Positions 1 to 9,644 are shown, counted from the first letter of the stretch. The stretch: 64,000 nt of DNA from Alphaproteobacteria bacterium (GCA_017501665.1 JAFVWM010000038.1:69252-133251), one strand, 5' to 3'. Notes: generated by a model not told the origin, from the letters alone. Numbers and translations are program-made.

Positions 1-509
1 GTGGTGTTATGACGGCTGCTTTGCGTACTGCATATTTTTATATCACAGGAAAAGAACTTGGTCAGCTTAATTTTGAGGTGATTGAAGGATTGGAAGCGGT
101 TAAAGTTGCCGAAGTAGATATCAATGGTGCCAAAGTAAGAATCGCTGTTGTAAACGGTGTGGGTAATGTTGAGGAAGTTATGGAAAACATTAAAACCGCT
201 CAAGAAGCCGGCGAGGAGCTTCCTTATCATTTTATCGAAGTTATGGCTTGCCCCGGTGGTTGTATCTCAGGTGGCGGTCAGCCAAAAGTGATGATGCAAT
301 GCATGGAAAAACCGTGGGGTATTACCGACGAAATAAGAAAACTTCGTTCAAAAGGTTTGAATGTAGAAGATGAGCAAGCAAAGAATCGCTTATCTCATCA
401 CAACGAATCAATTAAGAAGTTGTATGACGAATTTCTTGGTGAAGCAGGCGGTCACAAGTCGCACGAGTTGTTACATACTAAGTATCGTCAGCGTAACGTT
501 TACAAATAA
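1..509 (+). CDS. hydA: [FeFe]-hydrogenase catalytic subunit, C-terminal part (5' end lies outside the window): the end of the H-cluster domain followed by a C-terminal small-subunit-like domain.
   Basis: The translation contains 'HFIEVMACPGGCISGGGQP', the diagnostic L3/H-cluster cysteine motif of Fe-only hydrogenases. The preceding 'TAALRTAY...VDINGAKVRIAVVNGVGN' matches the CpI-type C-terminus. The tail 'SHHNESIKKLYDEFLGEAGGHKSHELLHTKY' resembles the Fe-hydrogenase small-subunit domain. The reading frame is open from base 3 with no start codon in the window. Confidence 0.85.
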   Translation, partial: GVMTAALRTAYFYITGKELGQLNFEVIEGLEAVKVAEVDINGAKVRIAVVNGVGNVEEVMENIKTAQEAGEELPYHFIEVMACPGGCISGGGQPKVMMQCMEKPWGITDEIRKLRSKGLNVEDEQAKNRLSHHNESIKKLYDEFLGEAGGHKSHELLHTKYRQRNVYK

Positions 510-546
510 AAAACTCGTATAATGGAATACTAATCGCAAAAAGGCG

Positions 547-607
547 AAAGGCTGAAAATTCACGTAGCTATTTGTACGGCTCAAAATTTTCAGCCTTCTT
601 TTTTTGC
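547..607 (+). terminator. Rho-independent terminator downstream of hydA.
   Basis: Inverted repeat 'aaaggctgaaaatt' ... 'aaaattttcagcctt' followed by the run 'cttttttttg'. Confidence 0.6.
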
Positions 608-760
608 TTCTATTATTCTCATTCTCCGAGTTTTTTGTATTGATTCTCGCCTTGAAAATAACTCTATAAATTCTTTTATTCGCCTTTTTTGTACGGCTCA
701 AAATTTTTGTCTCTCCTAGAAATCGCTCTATCTGTACTATTCTCCGAGTTTTTTTGTACA
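575..760. repeat. Direct repeats inside a ~700-bp non-coding region.
   Basis: 'ttgtacggctcaaaatttt' occurs at about 582 and 687, and 'ttctccgagtttttt(t)gta' at about 623 and 741. The small minus-strand ORF 471..791 is judged spurious. Confidence 0.5.
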
Positions 761-774
761 CTTTGCTTACGCTT

Positions 775-1086
775 CGTTTAGGGCATGACAATATTGATTA
801 AAACAAGGAAGATCCCTAGAATTTTTTGTTGCACAAAAAATAGGGATGACGTTTTAAATTTAAAATGTCATCGCCCAGCAAAGTCATTCCTCGCTCGGCG
901 CTTCAGCGTCCGTGCGTCTAGGAATCTCATCTTTGCGTCAGCGCTAATATAATAAAAACAAGGAAGATCCCTTGACCTCACTGCGTTCGGAGGGATGACA
1001 TTTCAGGTTAAAGAAGATCCCTTGACCTCACTGCGTTCGGAGGGATGACGTTATATATTCGTTTAGGGCATGATAATATTGATTTA
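775..1086. repeat. Cluster of GC-rich palindromic elements resembling Rickettsia palindromic elements (RPEs), with flanking direct repeats.
   Basis: Three hairpin units share the stem 'gatccct...agggatgac(g)': 810-850, then a ~51-bp tandem pair at 959-1000 and 1010-1051 ('aagatcccttgacctcactgcgttcggagggatgac'). The palindrome 'gatgacgttttaaatttaaaatgtcatc' lies at about 845-872. The flanking direct repeat 'cgtttagggcatga(c/t)aatattgatt' occurs at 775-800 and 1059-1086. These are GC-rich islands in AT-rich DNA. Confidence 0.6.
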
Positions 1087-1236
1087 TCTCGTTTGTCAGC
1101 TTGTTCAAGTGAAGACGCCAGAGATACAAAAACACCTATAAAATCTATTGCCAAATTTAAAAAAACATCATATAATAAAGTATAATTTGCAAATTTTTAC
1201 GATTTGCGAAACTTTTGTTATTGAGGAATGTGTCAG

Positions 1237-4200
1237 ATGAAGAGAATTATTGCTTTGATTGTACTTATCTGTTGCTGTTGTGTATATTCGGCATATTCTC
1301 TTGTGCAACCTCTTTCTTTGACACGAACCACCGGCTCGTCTTCGACAACTTCGTTGCCAATGTATGCTCCACCGCCTAGTGATACGGAGCAAACGTGTTA
1401 TTGTTCTTCGGATACAACTGATGGAACTAGTGATATTAACGGTGGCTGTTTTTTTTGTTTAAATTATGATGGTTATGAAGCCACTCTATTAACAGATTCG
1501 CATCCACCAGCTTTTACTAATGGTTATTATTGTTGGCAATCCGGAAAAATTAATTCGGAATGTGAAAATAATTATGTAGATGAACCACTTTGTGACCATG
1601 AACATAAGTTTTATGCTGAAATAGCTGGACATTACGGATATAAGACTCTTCAAGATGTAAAAGCAACAAACTTAAAGTGCTGTTATTATATGCATGAGGG
1701 AGATAATAGCTATGGAGATATAAATGCGATAAGCGTTGATGCTAATGGAATTACTATCAACGAAGGTTATTCTCCATGGCTTTATTTTTGTGAGGCTGAT
1801 CCGACACAATGTGAGTGGAAGATAAAGAATCCTAATAATCAATCGTTGCAGCTATATAATGATAACGCTATTAAAAGCTATTTGAATAAGATAAAAGATT
1901 TTGAAGGTGTTTTTCCAACGGAAGGTGAAGATATACTTTGTCGAATATCAGCACTTAATGGAGATGAAGAAACGATTATTGATGATGTTAGAATTTTTTA
2001 TGCTAATTCTAGTCTTCAGAGCTGTGATGATGATTATTCTCCATATGAAACAAGTGAATATAGTAGTCCTTGTAAAATAAGTATAGTTAGTTACAATAAT
2101 GATGAGGCGAGAGGTGAAATAGAGATTACCGAAGAGTATCTTTTAGGTTACCAAAAAGAACCTGAAGAGCCCGCTATTCCTGATTGTTCTGATATTTTTT
2201 CTGATGAGATTATAGATCTTTTGAGATCAGACGGAAAATGTAAACTAGATCATGAGACAAAGTCTTGTGTTCTTAACGGTGTAACCAAATACTACTGTAG
2301 TGCTATTGCAGCTGGAACTTTTTGTAAAGGTGATTTTAGCCTATATTACGACGATACTTACACAGAAACCTGTCCTATAAATAATTCACAAGTCGTAGGA
2401 TATAAAAAACCTGAGGAAGAAGCGGTTCCTTCTGAAGATTGTTCTGATATTTTTTCTGATGATATTATAGATCTTTTGAGATCAGACGGAAAATGTGCTC
2501 AAAATCATGAAACAAAGTCTTGTGTTTATAACAATGAAACCAAATACTACTGTAGTGCTTCTGTAGATGTAGCTAATTGTGCAGGTGATTTTAGCCTATA
2601 TTACTACGATACTTACACAGAAACCTGTTCTATAAATAATTCACAAGTCGTAGGATATAAAAAACCTGAGGTTACCTGTGATGAAGTTTTTGAAGACATA
2701 GATAGTATTATCGGCATATTACCTGAAAAATCAACCATAGAGTGTGGCTCTTACGTGTCAGGATCGTGTACATATGGTAGTAAGGCATACTCTTTCTGCT
2801 ATGGTGATGTCTTAAATGCCTGCCCTGATAACTCAGACGAATACAGTAGGGAATATACCTCATCATACACAGAACCATGTTCTTACACACTAGGCGAACC
2901 GGATGGTCATTATAACGGGATGGACATCAATATTTTAGGGTTTACTCAAAAAGATACAGATAGTTGTGAAAATAAAATACATGACTATTTTGAAAATGAT
3001 AATTGGTTATACGTAAGAGAATCAGATCTTAATGAAGAAGATCGTGAAATTAAAGATAATTTTATTACAGACACATGTATAGATAATGGCACAGAGACAT
3101 ATATATATCGTATATGTACTTTTGAAGAGGTCTGTAACAGGGAAGACGTTAACGGAAGCACCTCTTCCTGTAATTATTACGAAGGTTTACACACTTGCAA
3201 ATGTCCGAATGGTTGGATGACCATCGAAGAATATAGATCCCTTAATGGTTATACGGAGGATACAATAATCACGGGGATAGGTAATGCGTGCAAAGCTGAA
3301 AAAGTTGAAAAATTTAGCGAGTTTGAGGTGGTTTTAGGAACAGATGAGTATCCATCATGTCAAGACATCATAGAACATCAAAATGCCTCAGGTGATCCGA
3401 CTAAACCTAAAGACGGCTATTATGATTATTGCTCAGATGAAATTGATAGAATTGCTTGCCATAATAGTGATACAATGGCTGCTCTTTGCCGTTATTGCGG
3501 AGCAGAGAATAATGTTGAAAACGGATACAATTTTGAAAAATCCTTTAAAATAGACAGTGAAACAGTCCCTTGTCTACAAGGTTGTCATGAGGACTATGCT
3601 TGCAGTTATACGAAGACAGATGGCACCACAATAACCTATTGTTCACAATGTGATTGCAGCGGATATGCCTCCAAGTTGGAACTTTGTTCTGTCGGTTTTG
3701 AGGGAGAAGAAAACAATACCGAGATATTGGCTTCTCCATGTTATACGTCAGGAAAAGTAGATGAAAATGAAAGTTGTAAACTGAGCCCGATTGATAATAC
3801 TTTACCGACTACGTACAAAAAGATATTGTGTCCTGATGATTATGTGACACTGGAAGATTGGCTTGAAACATCTCAGACAATAATTGATGAAAACGAATTT
3901 TTAGGAAACAACTTGAATATTAGCAACGAAAATCAATGGATAAATTATTTTGTACCTCAGACTGATGAAGGATCAGTATGTGATTATGCTGTCGAAGTTG
4001 TTGAATCAGGTTCAAGCGGAACAGATGTAGATTCCGACATTGAAGAGACAAATGATCCCGAAAACCGTTTGTATGAAATAATATCACTTGAAACAAAATA
4101 TAAAGGATTTAACTTAAATTGCCAAGCCTTGGTTGAGACATTACCAAATCTTGAGTTTATCAATCAGGCCTATTTGCACAACTACAATGATTATACAACC

Positions 4201-5214
4201 TGTTGGGATATTGAAGGCAATCAGGAAAAATACCTTGCCACATGTGAGGAGGATTATCTTCTTCCCGAAGAAGGTTATGAAGTGATCGGCAACGAAGATG
4301 TTTGTAAATTTAACGGAAAAGATTATTATAAATATGGCGGATCTTGTCCGGTGATATTCAGCGGTAAAGAAGCTGTTGTTGCTGAGAGCATGAGTGATGA
4401 TGCTATAAGAAATTTGTATGGTAGCGTAAAAATAAGTTATTGCAATGATAAGGGTGTCAAAAAGAAAGTTACTTTATGTGACCCGAATATCTATAACCAA
4501 ATATGCGAATATCCATACACATATGCTGACGGTCTGCCACAAAAAGAATGGTGTTTTAGAAATATTCGAGGAAAAGCCGTTAATCCATACGATACAGCAA
4601 ATAATGTAAAATATTATACAAATACAGGATTGCCCATACAATGTGAGTATGTTCCAGAATCGTGTGATTCTATATTGCAACAAGATAGTAGCGCCAATAA
4701 TGTTTTCATAGAAGACAGCCCTAATGACTGTATAAAAAAATACGGAACGGCAGTCCAAACAAAATTGTGTAGCGGAGATAATAATATTCCGAAATACGCG
4801 TGCTATTATCCGAAAGATACCTATAAATATACTACCCAAAACTGTCCTATCGGAAGAGATTTGTCTCGCCCATACATCTTAATCAACGGTGTAAAACATT
4901 GGGACAGATGTGATTGTCCTCCGGCCTATAAATATCACGTAAATAACTGTCGTGTGTATGATCTTGGCGGTGATACTTGCGAACAACAAATCGACCCGCA
5001 GTTCATTGATGCGGCCAATGATCCGACATTGCCGACATCAGGAAGCATAAAGCTCTATACCAAGTGCAACGATCCTCAGATAAATCAACCGAACGGTTGT
5101 AAAACCCCTTTGGGTACTTGGGCAAAATGCTACTATTGTTGCCCCAAAGGTACCAGAGCTACCGGAAATCTGTCTATTGACAGTTGCGGAGCAAAAATTT
5201 ACGAGTGTAAATAA
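1237..5214 (+). CDS. Very large (~1320 aa) cysteine-rich, acidic, Tyr/Asn/Asp-rich secreted protein with an internal tandem ~82-aa repeat; function unknown.
   Basis: The ORF is long and uninterrupted. 'gagga' sits 8 nt upstream of the ATG at 1237 (an in-frame ATG also exists at 1228). The N-terminus 'MKRIIALIVLICCCCVYSAYS' looks like a signal peptide. Cysteines number in the dozens in patterns such as CxC and CxxC. No recognisable enzymatic motif was found. Confidence 0.7.
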   Translation: MKRIIALIVLICCCCVYSAYSLVQPLSLTRTTGSSSTTSLPMYAPPPSDTEQTCYCSSDTTDGTSDINGGCFFCLNYDGYEATLLTDSHPPAFTNGYYCWQSGKINSECENNYVDEPLCDHEHKFYAEIAGHYGYKTLQDVKATNLKCCYYMHEGDNSYGDINAISVDANGITINEGYSPWLYFCEADPTQCEWKIKNPNNQSLQLYNDNAIKSYLNKIKDFEGVFPTEGEDILCRISALNGDEETIIDDVRIFYANSSLQSCDDDYSPYETSEYSSPCKISIVSYNNDEARGEIEITEEYLLGYQKEPEEPAIPDCSDIFSDEIIDLLRSDGKCKLDHETKSCVLNGVTKYYCSAIAAGTFCKGDFSLYYDDTYTETCPINNSQVVGYKKPEEEAVPSEDCSDIFSDDIIDLLRSDGKCAQNHETKSCVYNNETKYYCSASVDVANCAGDFSLYYYDTYTETCSINNSQVVGYKKPEVTCDEVFEDIDSIIGILPEKSTIECGSYVSGSCTYGSKAYSFCYGDVLNACPDNSDEYSREYTSSYTEPCSYTLGEPDGHYNGMDINILGFTQKDTDSCENKIHDYFENDNWLYVRESDLNEEDREIKDNFITDTCIDNGTETYIYRICTFEEVCNREDVNGSTSSCNYYEGLHTCKCPNGWMTIEEYRSLNGYTEDTIITGIGNACKAEKVEKFSEFEVVLGTDEYPSCQDIIEHQNASGDPTKPKDGYYDYCSDEIDRIACHNSDTMAALCRYCGAENNVENGYNFEKSFKIDSETVPCLQGCHEDYACSYTKTDGTTITYCSQCDCSGYASKLELCSVGFEGEENNTEILASPCYTSGKVDENESCKLSPIDNTLPTTYKKILCPDDYVTLEDWLETSQTIIDENEFLGNNLNISNENQWINYFVPQTDEGSVCDYAVEVVESGSSGTDVDSDIEETNDPENRLYEIISLETKYKGFNLNCQALVETLPNLEFINQAYLHNYNDYTTCWDIEGNQEKYLATCEEDYLLPEEGYEVIGNEDVCKFNGKDYYKYGGSCPVIFSGKEAVVAESMSDDAIRNLYGSVKISYCNDKGVKKKVTLCDPNIYNQICEYPYTYADGLPQKEWCFRNIRGKAVNPYDTANNVKYYTNTGLPIQCEYVPESCDSILQQDSSANNVFIEDSPNDCIKKYGTAVQTKLCSGDNNIPKYACYYPKDTYKYTTQNCPIGRDLSRPYILINGVKHWDRCDCPPAYKYHVNNCRVYDLGGDTCEQQIDPQFIDAANDPTLPTSGSIKLYTKCNDPQINQPNGCKTPLGTWAKCYYCCPKGTRATGNLSIDSCGAKIYECK
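2175..2670 (+). repeat. Two tandem ~246-nt direct repeats inside the Cys-rich gene, encoding duplicated ~82-aa Cys-containing modules.
   Basis: 'tgattgttctgatattttttctgatga(g/t)attatagatcttttgagatcagacggaaaatgt...' recurs at about 2175 and 2424. The protein segments 'PDCSDIFSDEIIDLLRSDGKC...TETCPINNSQVVGYKKPE' and 'EDCSDIFSDDIIDLLRSDGKC...TETCSINNSQVVGYKKPE' are about 85% identical. Confidence 0.85.
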
Positions 5215-5295
5215 TTTTATATTCTTCTTAATTAAATATTATCCTTTGGCAGATAAAATGACAAAAATAAAAAAATCTGCTAAAGGAGCTTTATT

Positions 5296-6564
5296 TTGAA
5301 GAACTTAAAAAAATGGCTAAAATCCATGAAAATTTATGCCGACAAACGTATGCTCGTTATGTTGTTGTTGGGGTTTGTGTCCGGATTGCCTTTTTTGCTT
5401 GTTTCATCAACATTGTCTCTTTGGCTTAAAGATGTCGGCGTTTCATTAACCGCAATCGGTTTGTTTTCACTTGTAAAAGCTCCTTACAGTTTTAAATGGC
5501 TGATTTCGCCGATTATTGACCAATATTCTTTGCCGTTTTTTTCAAAATTGGGACGTCGCAGAAGTTGGGCGGTTTTTTTACAGATATTGTTGATCATATC
5601 TCTGATATATACTGCCTTTACCAATCCGACTTTATCACCGGTGATGTTTGTTGTTTTTGTTTTTATGGTCGCGCTGTTTTCATCTGCCCAAGACATTGTT
5701 CTTGATGCTTATCGTATCGAAAACTTCAATTCTAAAGAACAAGGCGCCGGTGTTGCCGTATTTGTCTTGGGTTACCGCATAGGTCTGTTGTTTTCCGGAG
5801 CAGGAGCTTTGTTTTTGGCCTCGATAATGTCGTGGTCTTATGTATATTTGATTATGGCCGGCGGTGTTTTAATCGGTCTTGTTACTATATTGCTGTCCAA
5901 AGAGCCTAAAAACAACCGCGCTTCAAAACCATATACTCTTCGCGCTACTATTGTTAATGCCGTAATAAAGCCTTTTTCAAATTTTATGAAACGTGATAAA
6001 TGGCTTCTTATTTTGCTGTTTATATTTTTCTATCGCATGAGCGATGCTTATGTCGCGCCAATGGCTTATCCGTTTTTTGATGACATTGGTTTTACCAAAG
6101 TTCAAATTGCCTCAATTATTAAAATATATGGTGTAATTGCTACCATTTTTGGCACTCTTGTCGGCGGTGTCGTGGTTAATCGTATAGGATTGGCTAAAGC
6201 ATTGTTTGTTTGCGGAATATTGCAAGGACTATCCAACCTTGTTTATGTCGGACAAGTTTATGCCGGTAATAACGCTCAAATATTAATGATAAATATTTTT
6301 ATCGAAAATGTTTCGGGCGGAATGGGTACAGCTGCTTTTGTGGCATATTTATCTGCACTTTGTAACAAAAAATATACCGCAACCCAATATGCTTTGTTAT
6401 CTTCATTTATGGGGGCGGCTCGCGACTTGTTTTCTGCGTCGTCCGGTTTTGTGGCGCATATATTATCGTGGCAAAATTTCTTTATTGCCACAACTTTAAT
6501 GTCACTCCCCGGAATGATAATTTTATATTATTTGATAAAAGTAAAAGCTATTCGTAATCGCTAA
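5296..6564 (+). CDS. ampG: AmpG-family muropeptide / MFS permease.
   Basis: TTG start at 5296 lies 7 nt after 'aaggag'. The 422-aa protein is polytopic. The N-terminus 'MLVMLLLGFVSGLPFLLVSSTLSLWLKDVGVSLTAIG' is typical of AmpG. Confidence 0.75.
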   Translation: MKNLKKWLKSMKIYADKRMLVMLLLGFVSGLPFLLVSSTLSLWLKDVGVSLTAIGLFSLVKAPYSFKWLISPIIDQYSLPFFSKLGRRRSWAVFLQILLIISLIYTAFTNPTLSPVMFVVFVFMVALFSSAQDIVLDAYRIENFNSKEQGAGVAVFVLGYRIGLLFSGAGALFLASIMSWSYVYLIMAGGVLIGLVTILLSKEPKNNRASKPYTLRATIVNAVIKPFSNFMKRDKWLLILLFIFFYRMSDAYVAPMAYPFFDDIGFTKVQIASIIKIYGVIATIFGTLVGGVVVNRIGLAKALFVCGILQGLSNLVYVGQVYAGNNAQILMINIFIENVSGGMGTAAFVAYLSALCNKKYTATQYALLSSFMGAARDLFSASSGFVAHILSWQNFFIATTLMSLPGMIILYYLIKVKAIRNR

Positions 6565-7322
6565 ACCTTATATGGTAATTTTGAATAGATAAAATCACTT
6601 ACTTTGTTGGGCAAAATTGAACCTAACCACGTGGCTAACCTCATCTGCCAAGGAAAAGCTATCAATCCGACATTTTTTTCTATGCGCTTGGCAATAATTT
6701 CTGCCGCTTTGTCTGCTTCCATAAAATAGGGCATCGGACAGGTGTTCTTATCGGTAATGCGCGAACGAATAAACCCCGGACAAATTGTCGAAACTCTTAT
6801 ACCCAGAGGTGCTAAAGACAATCTTAATCCCTCTCCCCAAGCTTTAACACAAGCTTTTGTCGCCGAATATGACGGACAAGTCGGCATCCCATGATATCCG
6901 GCAATCGACGAAGTAATTGCAATATGTTTCATTTGCTCTGCCGGAGCTTTCTTAAACAAATCTATCACCGGTAAAACCGTATTTATAACTCCCAAAACAT
7001 TAACAAAAAACGTTCTTCGTACATTATCGGTTGTTTCCTCCAAAGTTGCCACGCCGGCATTGGCAAATACCAAATTAAGAGGCATTTTTTTATTGGCTTC
7101 GTTTATCCATGCTTCAACATCTTTCTTCATTCTTACATCAACGATTCTTGCATCAACCTCAACACCGAACTTACGGCATTCTTCAGCCGTTTTATCCAAT
7201 CTTTCCTTGTTTCTTCCGCACAATGATAACAATTTCACACCTGACTTGGCATAATGAATTGCTAAAGCCTCACCAATTCCCGATGAAGCTCCGGTAATTA
7301 AAACATGATTAAATTTATTCAT
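6561..7322 (-). CDS. Short-chain dehydrogenase/reductase (SDR) family oxidoreductase.
   Basis: 'VLITGASSGIGEALA' is the TGxxxGxG Rossmann motif. The catalytic 'YSATKACVKAW' matches YxxxK. Confidence 0.8.
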   Translation of the reverse strand: MNKFNHVLITGASSGIGEALAIHYAKSGVKLLSLCGRNKERLDKTAEECRKFGVEVDARIVDVRMKKDVEAWINEANKKMPLNLVFANAGVATLEETTDNVRRTFFVNVLGVINTVLPVIDLFKKAPAEQMKHIAITSSIAGYHGMPTCPSYSATKACVKAWGEGLRLSLAPLGIRVSTICPGFIRSRITDKNTCPMPYFMEADKAAEIIAKRIEKNVGLIAFPWQMRLATWLGSILPNKVSDFIYSKLPYKV

Positions 7323-7399
7323 ATCGTTTCCTTAAAAACTTGTTAAGCTTTTTGGTTTATACTGCTCTCAAAATTTTTAATGTTTGAGGAGTTTGTGTT

Positions 7400-8299
7400 T
7401 TGAGTATAGCAAGTATGACCGGCTTTGCAAGGACTAACGGAAATATATCCTTAGGTCAAAATAATATCGCGTGGAGTTGGGAAATAAAAAGCGTTAACGG
7501 CAAAAGCTTGGATTTGAAACTAAGATTGCCCAGCGGTTTTGACGATATGTCACTAACGTTGAAAAATAAAGCATCAGAAATATTAAATCGCGGAAGTGTC
7601 AGCGCATTTTTAGAATTGACCACCGAAAATTTGAGCAAAAATATAAAAATAGATGAAAAACTACTCGAGGATCTGACATTGCAAGCTGTTGCATTGTGTC
7701 AAAAACACCCTGAGATTGCTATGGCTACGGCCGGAGAACTTTTGTCACAGCGTGGTGTGGTCGAGCAAGATGAAAATACATTAAGCGACGAAGATTTGTT
7801 AACCTTAAAAGAAAAAATTTTGGCTGATTTTATAAGTACTTGTCAAAAATTACAGTATGACCGCCAAAAAGAAGGTGAAAAAATAAAAAATGCTCTTGGC
7901 ACTATTTTAGAAAAAATAAACGAGATAACATTGAATATTGAAAAAATATTTGAAACATTACCCGAAAAGTTAAAAGAAAAATTACTTGCGCAAATTAAAA
8001 GTGTTTCCGATGATATAAGTATCTCGGAAGACCGTTTGGCCCAAGAAATTGTACTTATGGTTACCCGCGCAGATATAAAAGAAGAAATTGACCGCTTGAA
8101 AACTCATATAAAATCAGCTTATAATCTGTTAGAATCTGATGAGGCTGTCGGACGCAGACTTGATTTTTTGTGTCAGGAACTTAATCGTGAAGCAAACACC
8201 ACTTGCTCAAAAGCATCGGATATTGCTATTACCAACATGGGAATGGAGCTAAAAGCTCTTATTGAACAATTTAGAGAACAAGTACAAAATATTGAATAA
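7400..8299 (+). CDS. yicC: YicC-family stress-induced protein.
   Basis: N-terminal 'SMTGFAR' is characteristic of YicC. The conserved yicC-gmk adjacency is present. The start may be TTG at 7400 or ATG at 7415. Confidence 0.75.
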   Translation: MSIASMTGFARTNGNISLGQNNIAWSWEIKSVNGKSLDLKLRLPSGFDDMSLTLKNKASEILNRGSVSAFLELTTENLSKNIKIDEKLLEDLTLQAVALCQKHPEIAMATAGELLSQRGVVEQDENTLSDEDLLTLKEKILADFISTCQKLQYDRQKEGEKIKNALGTILEKINEITLNIEKIFETLPEKLKEKLLAQIKSVSDDISISEDRLAQEIVLMVTRADIKEEIDRLKTHIKSAYNLLESDEAVGRRLDFLCQELNREANTTCSKASDIAITNMGMELKALIEQFREQVQNIE

Positions 8300-8313
8300 A
8301 GGAGTTTTATATT

Positions 8314-8979
8314 ATGGATGAAATTATCGATCGTTTACGTAAGGTCCGCAAAGGCGCAATGTTTATAATTGAAGCTCCTTCCGGCACCGGCAAAGGAACA
8401 GTTATCAAAGAGTTGCTGAAAGCCGATGATAACATCAAATTTTCCGTTTCGGTAACAACTCGCCAACCGCGTGAAGGTGAAGTCGAAGGTGTCGACTATT
8501 ACTTCGTAACCGATGAACAATATAACGAATTTTTGGCGCAAGATGCTTTTTATGAATATGTAGATTCTCAATATGGCTCTCGTTACGGCACTTTGCGTTC
8601 CGAAGTGGATAGCTTTATTAATGTCGGTCAAGACGTTTTGTTTGATATGGACTGGGCCGGCGCCAGACAAATGCGCAAAAAGGCCGGTGATGACGTGGTG
8701 ACCATTTATCTTCTTCCGCCCTCAGTCAAAGAACTTCGCAAACGTTTGGAAGGTCGCGGAACCGACAGTAAAGAGGTTATTGAAAAACGAATGGGGATTA
8801 TCTTGGATAAAATAAGCCATTGGGACGAATTTGATTATGTAATCGTAAATGTAAGCTTGCAAGAAACAGTTGCAAAAATTCAAAGAATAATTTCGGGCGA
8901 ACGTATGAAACGTGTACGTCAAGTCGGCTTAAAAGGCTTTGTAAAAGAATTGGTAAAAGAGGCTAAAGAAGAAGCCTAA
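8314..8979 (+). CDS. gmk: Guanylate kinase.
   Basis: 'APSGTGKGT' P-loop; 'aaggag' RBS; follows yicC. Confidence 0.9.
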   Translation: MDEIIDRLRKVRKGAMFIIEAPSGTGKGTVIKELLKADDNIKFSVSVTTRQPREGEVEGVDYYFVTDEQYNEFLAQDAFYEYVDSQYGSRYGTLRSEVDSFINVGQDVLFDMDWAGARQMRKKAGDDVVTIYLLPPSVKELRKRLEGRGTDSKEVIEKRMGIILDKISHWDEFDYVIVNVSLQETVAKIQRIISGERMKRVRQVGLKGFVKELVKEAKEEA

Positions 8980-9545
8980 AGATTGTTTTTAATACGACGG
9001 CGTTGCTCTTCATTCATCGATTTGTAGACTATAATAGCATTTTTTTCGGCATTGGTTACGTTGAGTTGCGCCGCCCTTTTATATAAATTGAAGGCCTCAA
9101 CAAAATCTTTTGAAACACCGACTCCGTTGGTGTACATCCAAGCCAGAATTTCTATTGCCTTGGGGTCTTCGTCGCGAACTCTGTTTGTAATATCATCAAG
9201 CTCGACAGGAGTTACTTGATTTGATTTTATCGCCGCAATAGTTTTGCCCCATTGCAATTGTCTTTCTTGGGCTGTTTTGACTCTTTCACTGACATCGTTG
9301 GTAAGATTTAATATTTCACCTTTATATTCAACAGCTTTTTGTTTTTTAGGTTTTACCGGAATCAAATCTTCTTCTTCCAAGGACACCATCGGTGCTTTGC
9401 GATTTTTAACAAATAAAGGCAAATAACCGCTGTTATCGGCTCGAATAACATCTCGGTACAGCTCATCTAAACTTGTCGCCAAACTTTTTTGCGCAAAGCC
9501 CGATAAGCAACATATTATCAGTAATGTTCTAAAAATTTTTTTCAT
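8976..9545 (-). CDS. Secreted Sel1/TPR-like repeat protein.
   Basis: Signal peptide 'MKKIFRTLLIICCLSGFAQ'; C-terminal 'AIEILAWMYTNGVGVSKDFVEAFNLYKRAAQL' is Sel1-like. Confidence 0.6.
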   Translation of the reverse strand: MKKIFRTLLIICCLSGFAQKSLATSLDELYRDVIRADNSGYLPLFVKNRKAPMVSLEEEDLIPVKPKKQKAVEYKGEILNLTNDVSERVKTAQERQLQWGKTIAAIKSNQVTPVELDDITNRVRDEDPKAIEILAWMYTNGVGVSKDFVEAFNLYKRAAQLNVTNAEKNAIIVYKSMNEEQRRRIKNNL

Positions 9546-9644
9546 AAAACCATATCCGTTTAATTAACGTTTGCAATTATAGCATTTTGCTGTTATACAG
9601 GTCTATATATTTTTAATGTTTATAAACAATTTGGGGATATACAA

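Noticed and set aside
471-791. 106-aa minus-strand ORF
   Set aside because: It lies across the hydA terminator and the direct repeats, has low-complexity K/R/I-rich composition and no RBS, and is likely non-coding.
4474-4839. 121-aa antisense ORF inside the Cys-rich gene, with other short antisense ORFs (2708..2890, 3545..3739)
   Set aside because: They lie entirely within and antisense to a long, well-supported ORF, and their hydrophobic, low-complexity products are typical of AT-rich antisense frames.
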